From an uncultured Gammaproteobacteria bacterium (lineage in GTDB: Bacteria; Pseudomonadota; Gammaproteobacteria; Xanthomonadales; Rhodanobacteraceae): 64,000 nt of DNA. Shown piece by piece: positions 51,479 through 59,664 of the stretch. A model generated the notes under the pieces. That model was not told the origin of the DNA, did not search any database, and saw only the letters and a program-made list of their open reading frames with translations. Where the stretch lies: assembly GCA_963765335.1 (NCBI GenBank), contig CAVXWA010000010.1:187920-251919 (forward strand), read 5' to 3'. The position numbers and the translations under genes are program-made. How positions within the stretch are numbered: the first letter of the stretch is position 1; each line of letters starts with the position of its first letter.

Positions 51479-52876
51479 TCAATTGGCAGAAGACGGACCC
51501 GCCACCGTGGTCAGCAACACATGCCAGTAGGCCAGGTCGTCGTAGAACGACGACACCGGAATGCGCTCGTTAAGACCATGCGCAAACGCGTCGCTGTTCT
51601 TCATGAACATGCCGCTGACGCCGTACGTGGGAATACCCGCGGCGCGATAATAAAGGCCATCGGTGGCACCCGATTCCTGTTCCGGGGTAATCGCCACGCC
51701 AGGGCGAATCGTATGCACGGCCTTGGTGACCGCCGCCAACACGTCAGGGCGCAATGGCGAGGCATCGCTGGAGATGGCCTTGCCGACCAGGTTGACTTCG
51801 ACCTTCGGACCCACCAGGTCCTGCACCGTCTTCTGTACGGTGGCGACGGCCACACCGGGGAAGATGCGGCAGTTGATGGTGGCCGTCGCCGACTGCGGCA
51901 GCGCGTTATCGGCGTGGCCACCGCGCAGCAGGGTCGCGACGCAGGTGGTGCGGGTCTTGCCCACTTCCGACGGCTCGGCGGCCAGCACATCAGCCGCCGC
52001 CTTGTTATGCGGATCCTGGGCAAACGCGCGCATGGCCTCACCCACCTTGCCTTGCGTGGTCACTCCCAGCGCCTTGAACGAGGCCAGCGTGGTGTCGTTC
52101 CACATCACCGGGAAGCTGTAGCCCTGGACCTTCTTCAACGCGTCGGCCAGTTCATAGATGGCGTTGTCGGGGCGCGGCAGCGAGCTGTGGCCGCCCGGGT
52201 TGCGCGCAGTCAGTTCAAAGCTGGCATACGCCTTCTCCGCCGTCTGCAGGCCATATACCAGGGGCTTGCCGGTTTCGCTCAGCTCGCCGCCGCCGGCGTC
52301 GGTGTTGAGCGCGAAGTCGGCATCCACCAGGTCACGATGGTGCTCGACCAGGTCCTGCATGGTGTCCTGCGTGGTTTCCTCATCGCCGGTGTAGACGATG
52401 ATCAGGTCGCGCGTAGGCACGAAACCCTCTTTCTTCAGGCGGATGAAATTCGCCGCCAACACAGTGACGCCGCTCTTGATGTCCTCGGTCCCGCGGCCGA
52501 AGAAGTAGCCATTTTCCTCGGTCAGCTTGAACGGGTCGCGCTGCCAGTCTTCCGGCTTGGCGGTCACCACATCCATATGCGCCATCAACGCGATCGGCTT
52601 GCCGCCCGTGCCGTTGCCGCGATAGCGCACCACCATGGCCGCCGTCTCGCCATGCGGAATGATATGGATGTCCGACTCCGGGAAGCCAGCTGCGCGGAAC
52701 TGGTCGGCCAGATACTTGACCATCACCGGCACCTGCCCTTGCCCGATCTCGCTCTTGAACGCGATGAGATGGCTGAAGATGTCGCGCGCCTGGGCCTGGT
52801 TCGGGTCCAGCGTGGCTGCTTGCGCGGAAATGGCGACCGAGGCGGTCAGCAGGGCAGCGAACAACGGTTTGAACAT
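51479..52876 (-). CDS. M20/M25/M40 family metallopeptidase, exported
   Basis: AHMDVV, GRGTEDIK, GDEET, GGHSS, GATDG, AHGLNE. Confidence 0.93.
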   Translation of the reverse strand: MFKPLFAALLTASVAISAQAATLDPNQAQARDIFSHLIAFKSEIGQGQVPVMVKYLADQFRAAGFPESDIHIIPHGETAAMVVRYRGNGTGGKPIALMAHMDVVTAKPEDWQRDPFKLTEENGYFFGRGTEDIKSGVTVLAANFIRLKKEGFVPTRDLIIVYTGDEETTQDTMQDLVEHHRDLVDADFALNTDAGGGELSETGKPLVYGLQTAEKAYASFELTARNPGGHSSLPRPDNAIYELADALKKVQGYSFPVMWNDTTLASFKALGVTTQGKVGEAMRAFAQDPHNKAAADVLAAEPSEVGKTRTTCVATLLRGGHADNALPQSATATINCRIFPGVAVATVQKTVQDLVGPKVEVNLVGKAISSDASPLRPDVLAAVTKAVHTIRPGVAITPEQESGATDGLYYRAAGIPTYGVSGMFMKNSDAFAHGLNERIPVSSFYDDLAYWHVLLTTVAGPSSAN

Positions 52877-52992
52877 GGAGCATCTCACCAGCGGCGGAAG
52901 GAAGCGTGAGTATGTCGTGTTCCAGAGCCGGGATGCACCACTTGTTGCAAAGATATTTCACACCATTTTGGGCGGCCGCGCGGCGATGGTTA

Positions 52993-53281
52993 GGGATGCT
53001 CTGATCAACTCTGCGCAGGCGTCATGATGTCCAGAAGGCCCGCCGGCGGTGTTGCGTGGCGCCGGGAAGACTGGCCGTCTTGCCAAGCCGCGCGGCACCG
53101 CCTGCGGGCCTTCTGGACATCACCCCATCACTTTGAATTCAACATGTGGGGCCGGTCCTGTCTGTCCGCATCCCTTCGGTGCGCCGGCTCGACAGACGGC
53201 CAGTCTGCCGTCGCCGACGCCCCTGTGGTCTGCGAACAGACAGGACCGGTGACGCCTGCGCAGCGTTGATCAGAGCATCCC
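52993..53281. mobile_element. MITE family B, copy 2
   Basis: GGGATGCTCTGATCAAC...GTTGATCAGAGCATCCC, TA on both sides, 289 bp like copy 1. Confidence 0.88.
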
Positions 53282-53892
53282 TAGCGCGCGGAAAACCGCC
53301 ACGCATCCAGGGTCCGGTACTCGCCTCCCCCCACCACGCTGTGCAGTAGCGCAAATCCTTCCACCCGCCATGTGATGGGCTCGATCGGCGCTGGCTGCGG
53401 CACCGCACCACGGCTATAGGCAAACGTCACATGCGGGGTGAAGTTGCGCGACAGTTGCGCCCCCAGCCCGGCCAACATCAGCGACTGGCGAAGGTCCTGC
53501 CACAGCGTTTGCAGTGTCGATGGCACGTTCGAGCAGCGCAGCACGCACGGCGGCTCGCGACCGTGGAAGCCTGCCGCGTGGTCCAACACCAGCTCGAACG
53601 GCGAGCTGTGCACCTTGCCCGCCGCGGTTATCGCCGCCGTGACGATATCGCTGCGCAGCAAGGGGTGGTCACCAAGAAAATGCAGGGTGGCGTGATAGCG
53701 GGTGGGACGGATAAGCCGTGCTCGCAGATGCTGCGTCGCCGCCACGTCGCGAGCGGCACGTTCGATCTGACCGCTTACCGCCTCCCCCGGCAGCAAGGCA
53801 AAGAACAGTCGATGGATCGCGGCAGCTTCAGTCGGCCCATCTCCCAGCAGATCGGGTTGGCTATCAGGAGGTGAGGAACGACGAGAGCCCAT
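53281..53892 (-). CDS. 2H phosphoesterase (RNA 2',3'-cyclic phosphodiesterase / 2'-5' RNA ligase family)
   Basis: RLFFAL, YHATLHFLG and FTPHVTF (two HxT motifs). Confidence 0.9.
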   Translation of the reverse strand: MGSRRSSPPDSQPDLLGDGPTEAAAIHRLFFALLPGEAVSGQIERAARDVAATQHLRARLIRPTRYHATLHFLGDHPLLRSDIVTAAITAAGKVHSSPFELVLDHAAGFHGREPPCVLRCSNVPSTLQTLWQDLRQSLMLAGLGAQLSRNFTPHVTFAYSRGAVPQPAPIEPITWRVEGFALLHSVVGGGEYRTLDAWRFSAR

Positions 53893-54194
53893 GCGCGAAA
53901 CTTCGAAGGAAAGCAGCACAACATAGCGCAAACAAGCACGGTAGATAACGTGCCACCGTTGGCTTGACTGGCGACATCACGTCGACGGGGACGCGTGGCC
54001 CAAACGGTGCCCCGCGGGTGTGACCCGACGCGATGTCTGGCTGGACCCGCCCCCGCGATAACAATGCCATCACGCAGCGTTGCCGCTATCGCGCAAGAAT
54101 GTAACCGGGTTCCCAGCCTGCTGCCATGTACGGCACCCAAGCAGTTCCACCTCTGGCATGTGGGCACCTTGCGCCGACGTGGCTGGAGGGTCAT

Positions 54195-54692
54195 ATGAAA
54201 TCCCGTTGCGTTTTCAGCACGCCGGACCTTGCTGCCGCGCGCGCTGCCATGGATGCCGCCTTGCGGGCGGGCATACCCGACAACGACATTTCGCTTATCG
54301 CCCGCGACGATATCGAACAAGACGACATTCCCGATCACCTGATGACTGGCCGCACCGACTTCTACCCCGCCGCCCTGCGCGGCGTTGCCTGCGGCGGCGG
54401 TACCGGGGTGGTGCTTGGCCTGGTCGCCGTCGCGATTCCGCCGCTAGGCGTCACGCTGGCAGGCGCCGGCGCGATTGCCGTCGCTGCTGCTGCCATGGGT
54501 TGTTGGACGGGCGCCCTGGTCGGCTCCGAAGTGCCCGACGTCATCCATCGCAAATTCAAGGCCGAGATTGCGTCGGGGCATATCCTGGTGATCATCGATG
54601 GCAACAAGGAAAGGCTGTTGAAAGCCGAGCCGGCCATCGAGAGCACAGGCGCCACCCACCTGCCGTTTCGTGCACACACCATGCTCACCTGA
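54195..54692 (+). CDS. Hypothetical membrane protein (general-stress/DUF1269-like)
   Basis: GGAGG RBS, two Gly/Ala-rich TM helices, C-terminal G.ILVIID. Confidence 0.78.
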   Translation: MKSRCVFSTPDLAAARAAMDAALRAGIPDNDISLIARDDIEQDDIPDHLMTGRTDFYPAALRGVACGGGTGVVLGLVAVAIPPLGVTLAGAGAIAVAAAAMGCWTGALVGSEVPDVIHRKFKAEIASGHILVIIDGNKERLLKAEPAIESTGATHLPFRAHTMLT

Positions 54693-54850
54693 AAGCCTGA
54701 TGGCCATGGCAGAACACCTGCGCGACCAGGGGAACGACAGGAATCGCTATCGTCGGGATGCCGGCCCGTGCGGAAACAGGTTCTGCAACGCATCTTCGTT
54801 GATTCGTTGACCGAGGCCATTCCACCGAAAGGCGGCCTAGGCGCCCCTCC

Positions 54851-55190
54851 CTATTCAGCCACTGATGGGAGCTCCATACGATGGTGGCTCTCCAACGGAC
54901 CGAAGTGAGTTTGTGCGCTGTAAGTGGCGTAGTGCAGCTCGGTCACCATAGGCGACTTGGGCGGTGAGTCGATTTCTCACAGGCGTGCCCGCACACCCTT
55001 CGCCGTCACCTTGCGTTGGCATAAGCCCAGGGCGACGTGGGGAACGTAGGCGGCCTGGCGTATCTCGCAGCCGGCGCATCCCAGTGCATGGCGCCATCGC
55101 GACAGTCGTCCCTCCGGGTCGCCAACGGGAATGAAAGCCGTACTCGTGAAGCTGTCCACCGGCCCCAGGGGCTCAACGTGAAAATCACGG
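54851..55190 (-). pseudogene. Remnant of a second 2H phosphoesterase gene (5'-truncated, internal stop)
   Basis: GPVDSFTSTAF...EIRQAAYVPHVALGL, TGA at 54977-54979, then in-frame VTELHYATY...FGPL to TAG at 54851. Confidence 0.6.
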
Positions 55191-55316
55191 CCTTGGGAAT
55201 AGCTTCCGTGTTCGCTGGGGAGGTGCATCTCGGGCTCTTGTCCAGCACCCTCATGTCTTTTGGTAGGCCCAGCCGAAGCTCGTGTAGAGACTCGCGGCAT
55301 CGGCAAGGACAGGACC

Positions 55317-55961
55317 ATGCGCGAGATCATGCTGAGATCGGCTGATGCCCCGGAGAGTCCGTGGACTTCGCTTATCGCGCTGCTCCCGCATCTGTTCTGG
55401 GCGCTTGTCCTGGTGGGCGTGCTGCTCTGGGTAGGTCGCGATACCGTTCGCGAGCTGCTCAGGCGGGTGGACAAGGTGAGCATCGCGGGCGTCGAGCTGG
55501 AGCTTCGCGATGATCTGGAAGCTGCCGCTACGGCGCGTGGACAAACCATCGGCAACGATGCACTCAGCAGGGCGGCCCGTCGTTTGGCGGCTTCTGGAAG
55601 CCTGACCAAGGGTGCCAAGCTTCTATGGGTGGATGACATACCCGCCGGCATCGTCAACGAGTCGCGCCTGTTCGAACAGGCCGGCATGGATATCACGCGG
55701 GCGCTCACGAGCACCGACGCCCTTGCCAAGCTCGACATGAACAACTACGACCTGGTGCTATCCGACATCAGCCGCGGCGGCGACGACCAGGCAGGCATCC
55801 ACTTCTCCGATGCGCTGGCCGGCCGAAAGAGCGCGCCGCCGCTGATCTTCTATGTCGGCGCAGCGAAACGGCCCTGCCCGGTGCACGCCTTTGGAATCAC
55901 CGACCGCCCCGACGAACTGATTCATCTCGTGTTGGACGTGCTGGCCCGGTTCAGGAGCTGA
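55317..55961 (+). CDS. Membrane-anchored atypical response-regulator receiver domain protein
   Basis: AGGA RBS; N-terminal TM helix; LLWVDD, YDLVLSDI; no output domain; canonical KP replaced by RP. Confidence 0.82.
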   Translation: MREIMLRSADAPESPWTSLIALLPHLFWALVLVGVLLWVGRDTVRELLRRVDKVSIAGVELELRDDLEAAATARGQTIGNDALSRAARRLAASGSLTKGAKLLWVDDIPAGIVNESRLFEQAGMDITRALTSTDALAKLDMNNYDLVLSDISRGGDDQAGIHFSDALAGRKSAPPLIFYVGAAKRPCPVHAFGITDRPDELIHLVLDVLARFRS

Positions 55962-55964
55962 TGC

Positions 55965-56579
55965 ATGTACATCCAGAAGTTCATCAAGGGTATTTCGGGG
56001 GAAGACAGCAGGGGACTGAGCTGGGCAGATGCACGGCAATGGCTCGATGGCGATACCGGCATCCAGTCGAACTGGCTGCGTAGCGTCAAGAACGGCGTGT
56101 TCCAACCTTCCGACGTCGTTCCCGAGTTGACCGATCACAATCTTGATCGTCACCTCCATGACTACGACAACTTCGGCCACCAAAGCCCTTTTATCTCGCT
56201 TGCTTCAGGCTGTATCGAACGCGATGCGCTGCTCGGCGCGAACTTCATGTATTCGGCCAAGGACACCGCACTCGACTTTGCCACGCATGCTTTTGAACAC
56301 CCGGGCACGTTGTTTTACGGCTGGGTCATCGTCGGCCTGAACCCCGCGGTCGACTTATCGGCCGTTGCCGAATCCGTGCGGGATCTCAACGTCTACCATC
56401 GGTGGTCACGCTATCAGCTGGAAGGCGAAATTACTGCAAAGGTCTATATTCCGGCCAATCAGATCGAACGCATCGAATGGTGGGATCCATCGAAGGACAG
56501 CACGGCTCCCACCGATGTCTATGAAAACCCGCAATACGCACCTCCCTCGGCCATTACCAATATGCGGGAGTACTTCTGA
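55965..56579 (+). CDS. Putative ADP-ribosyltransferase-like toxin/effector
   Basis: GGAG RBS; H...SPFISLAS, A.DFA, QLEGEI (ExE), IPANQI in the order typical of R-S-E clade ARTs. Confidence 0.62.
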   Translation: MYIQKFIKGISGEDSRGLSWADARQWLDGDTGIQSNWLRSVKNGVFQPSDVVPELTDHNLDRHLHDYDNFGHQSPFISLASGCIERDALLGANFMYSAKDTALDFATHAFEHPGTLFYGWVIVGLNPAVDLSAVAESVRDLNVYHRWSRYQLEGEITAKVYIPANQIERIEWWDPSKDSTAPTDVYENPQYAPPSAITNMREYF

Positions 56580-57418
56580 TGGAAGCCCTGCAGGATCCAC
56601 CGATGGGCACGACGAGCCGTATCGACTTTCTGATACAGCGCGCCGACGCGCAAAACCACAATGGCTATGTCGCGGACTCCGTCCGGCTGGGTTGCCGGGG
56701 GACCCTGTTGCGCGATGCGGCATCGCTCGCCTTGATGCTCGAACAGTACGATCGGGCGACTGCCCTGTTGCGCGAAGCGGGTGACGCCTGGGCAGGGATC
56801 GGCCTGTTTGCCGGGTACCTGCTGCTCCATTTCTCCGAAGGCCCCGGCTGGGTGTCGCGGTATGAGGACGATCTCCTGCAGATCACAAGCCTGTTTGAAT
56901 GGCGCTACTCAAAAGCCACTACGCCCTCGCCGCGGGCGAACGGACGCGCCTACCTTGCCGCTGCGTCGTGGTCGCCCCGCCAACTGCTCAACCTCTATCA
57001 GGCCTTGCCTGATGATCCGCAGGCGAACGAACTCATCAGGAACGTACGGCACTACGCCCGACGCAGTCTCGATGATCTCGCGGCAACTGCTATCATCGGC
57101 GACCTTCGGGTAGCGGACTATCTGCTGGTATGGGATGCCGCCGCCCAGGGAGACTTCGATGAGCCGGCGCAGGACGCCCTGGTAGCGCTGCTGCAGGATC
57201 GCGCCAAGCGGCTGCAGGCTGCGCAAGCGGATACACATCATTGGTATCGAGGCATCAATCCGGCGGGCTTGGTGGACTTCGATCTCATGGCCTTGGGCGT
57301 CCGGGCTATCGAGAGCAACGCCGCCGACAAACTCGGCACCATCATTCACCATGCCACTCCGCTTGTTGCCCTTCCCTGGATCGCAGCCCAGGGGCTCCGC
57401 GCAAACGTCAGCTTGTAA
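56579..57418 (+). CDS. All-alpha hypothetical protein, possible immunity/antitoxin
   Basis: TGATG overlap with upstream gene; Ala/Leu-rich helical pattern; C-terminal HW...PAGLVDFDLMAL. Confidence 0.65.
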   Translation: MEALQDPPMGTTSRIDFLIQRADAQNHNGYVADSVRLGCRGTLLRDAASLALMLEQYDRATALLREAGDAWAGIGLFAGYLLLHFSEGPGWVSRYEDDLLQITSLFEWRYSKATTPSPRANGRAYLAAASWSPRQLLNLYQALPDDPQANELIRNVRHYARRSLDDLAATAIIGDLRVADYLLVWDAAAQGDFDEPAQDALVALLQDRAKRLQAAQADTHHWYRGINPAGLVDFDLMALGVRAIESNAADKLGTIIHHATPLVALPWIAAQGLRANVSL

Positions 57419-57546
57419 TCGACCGGGCTAATCCTGGCCGCGGACGCGCTCATGGAGCCATGATGCCCCATGCAAGAAGTCCTATCGCCATCCGCATGAC
57501 AGCTCACTAGAGTATCGGCCCTGGACGCACGCCCTTGGAGACTCCC

Positions 57547-58041
57547 ATGACCCGTACGCGCCACCCCGTTCTCGCCGCCACCCTCTGGGGCGGCCTCGTT
57601 GCAGGCACCCTGGATATCGGCGCCGCTTCCGTTATCAGTGGCTATAACCCGCTGGTGATCCTCAAGTACATCGCAGGCGGTGTGCTCGGCAAGACCTCAC
57701 TTGCAGGCGGCCCCTCCGTCGCCGTGCTTGGGATGCTGTTGCAATGGGCGATGTCGATCATCATCGCCGCCGTCTTCGTGCTCGCCACGCGCCGTCGCAT
57801 CGGACAGACGCGCAACTGGCCCACTTGGGGTGTTGGGTACGGCGTCGTGATCTTCTTCGTCATGAATTACGTGGTGGTACCGCTCTCGGCACTACACGCC
57901 ACGCCGCACTTCACCATGTACAGTTTTATCGCCAACCTCTCCGCCATGCTGGTGTTCGGCTGGATCGTGGCCGTCGTTGCCAAGATATTCCTGACGCCGA
58001 GGAACCTGCTCGAAAGCCCGTCGCTTTCGCGCTCGTCGTGA
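57547..58041 (+). CDS. Four-TM membrane protein
   Basis: GGLVAGTLDI, MNYVVVPLSA; GGAG RBS. Confidence 0.82.
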   Translation: MTRTRHPVLAATLWGGLVAGTLDIGAASVISGYNPLVILKYIAGGVLGKTSLAGGPSVAVLGMLLQWAMSIIIAAVFVLATRRRIGQTRNWPTWGVGYGVVIFFVMNYVVVPLSALHATPHFTMYSFIANLSAMLVFGWIVAVVAKIFLTPRNLLESPSLSRSS

Positions 58042-58051
58042 ATCGAGCATC

Positions 58052-58342
58052 ATGACGACGACGAAAATCGTGACGCTGGACGAGCGCCAATGGTGCCTCT
58101 ACCTGATCGAATGCCAGGACGGCTCGTTCTACGCTGGCATCACCAACAACCTGGCCGCGCGTTACGAGGCGCATGCCGCCGGGCGTGGTGCGCGCTACAC
58201 CCGCGCGCATCCACCTCTACGACTGATCGGCGCGAAAGCTTATGAGAACCGGGCCGAGGCGTCGCGCGCCGAGTGGGAGATCAAGCAGCTACCGAAACAC
58301 CGGAAAGTGGCTTACCTGTTGACTTCGGAAAGCGAAGGCTAG
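58052..58342 (+). CDS. GIY-YIG nuclease family protein (UPF0213/YhbQ-like)
   Basis: WCLYLIEC.DGSFYAGIT, H..GRGARYTR, E..IK. Confidence 0.92.
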   Translation: MTTTKIVTLDERQWCLYLIECQDGSFYAGITNNLAARYEAHAAGRGARYTRAHPPLRLIGAKAYENRAEASRAEWEIKQLPKHRKVAYLLTSESEG

Positions 58343-58449
58343 ACTCGGCCCGTACCGGCGATGACATGAGCAGGCCGCACAGATGCGCGCGATCGAGACC
58401 TCCCTCATGGCCCTGATTAGCGTCGAATCTCAGCTGGAGCGTGCTTGGT

Positions 58450-58554
58450 GTAGGAGCGCACCCAGTGCGCGACCGGCGCTGGCCCCTGTTTCCATCGCTG
58501 GCGATGGCTATGGGAACTGAGGCGTAGCCAGTCGCGCACAGAGTGCGCTCCTAC
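58450..58554. repeat. GTAG-type REP doublet (REPIN)
   Basis: gtaggagcgcacccagtgcgcga ... tcgcgcacagagtgcgctcctac. Confidence 0.88.
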
Positions 58555-58617
58555 AGGACGAGCTGAAAGTCGCATGGCTGAGATTCGACGCTAATCAGGC
58601 CTCGTGGTGAGGCAACG

Positions 58618-59346
58618 CTATCGGTCCGCCGCTACCAGCAGCATCATCGGGCGCTCTTTTTCTTCGGCGAGGTCCGGGCGCAAGGTGACCTGCGCTTCAG
58701 TCGGCCCCCACTCCTCGACATGGGCAATGGAGAACCCGATCGTGATCAGGAGATTGAGCAGCGAACCGATCCTGCGGTGCTGCTTGATGACGGCCTTGCC
58801 GAGCCAGTTGGTGACGCGCCGCCCTTCCGCCTGATAGCTGTCGACGGGCCAGACCTTGCGACCGCAAGCGCCTTCGATCCATCCCGGGTGCATGGACGCC
58901 ATATAGATCGGGTGCTCGATGGAAAAGACCATCCGGCCTCCCGGTACCAGGGCGCGATAAACGTTCTTCCACAACCAGGACAGGTCCTCGATGTAGTGGA
59001 ACGCCAGCGAGCTATAGGCCAGGTCACAGCTCGCCTCGGGAAGGTCCACCATCTCCAGATCGGCTTGCTCGTACGTAATGGCCTCGTCCGTGGTCAGTGC
59101 CCGTGCCTGGTCAAGCATCTTCTCCGACACATCCAGGCCAAGCACATGCTGCGCCCCCTGCTCTCGCGCCCAGCGACAAAACCAGCCGTAACCGCAGCCG
59201 AGATCCACCACGCGGGTTTCTCGCAGGTTCGGCAGAAGTTCCCGTAGCGCAGGCCACTCCGGTGCGCCATCCAGACCTTCGATCGAGCGGTTAAGACGGC
59301 TATAGCCGTCGAAGAAGTCCTGGTTGTCGTAGATATTCTGCGTCAT
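58618..59346 (-). CDS. Class I SAM-dependent methyltransferase
   Basis: QNIYDN..FF.GY, VVDLGCGYGW, SSLAFHY, EHP. Confidence 0.93.
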   Translation of the reverse strand: MTQNIYDNQDFFDGYSRLNRSIEGLDGAPEWPALRELLPNLRETRVVDLGCGYGWFCRWAREQGAQHVLGLDVSEKMLDQARALTTDEAITYEQADLEMVDLPEASCDLAYSSLAFHYIEDLSWLWKNVYRALVPGGRMVFSIEHPIYMASMHPGWIEGACGRKVWPVDSYQAEGRRVTNWLGKAVIKQHRRIGSLLNLLITIGFSIAHVEEWGPTEAQVTLRPDLAEEKERPMMLLVAADR

Positions 59347-59606
59347 GGGCGCAAGCCTGCCTGCGAGCTTCGATGCGAGACTTTCTCAGAAATATCGGAG
59401 GTCCGCCACGGGTCGCCCGTAGATATGTCGACCCTGTCAAATCACCCACGGGAAGCAAAGGCTCACGCATCGCAGATCGTGGACTTGCGGCCCAGGAACT
59501 TGGCGCCGAGCACCGCAAGACACCGTCGGGACTAGGCACTGAAACCGGCGAAGCCGAACCGACGATTCAACCATCGACCGGCGCTTCCGCATCCTTCCTC
59601 GCAAAG

Positions 59607-59635
59607 AAAAAGGCGATCCATCACTGGATCGCCTT
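59607..59635 (-). terminator. Intrinsic terminator of M28 peptidase gene
   Basis: aaaaaggcgatcca-tcac-tggatcgcctt. Confidence 0.8.
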
Positions 59636-59664
59636 CGCTTTCAGCTTGAACCGCGACCGACGAG

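Noticed and set aside
55191-55744. Upstream part of the 255-aa minus-strand ORF 54977..55744
   Set aside because: Mostly antisense to the receiver-domain gene; only its distal part resembles a real protein remnant.
58052-58342. GIY-YIG gene as part of the ART cassette or a homing endonuclease
   Set aside because: Short stand-alone UPF0213 type common in core genomes, separated from the cassette by an unrelated membrane gene.
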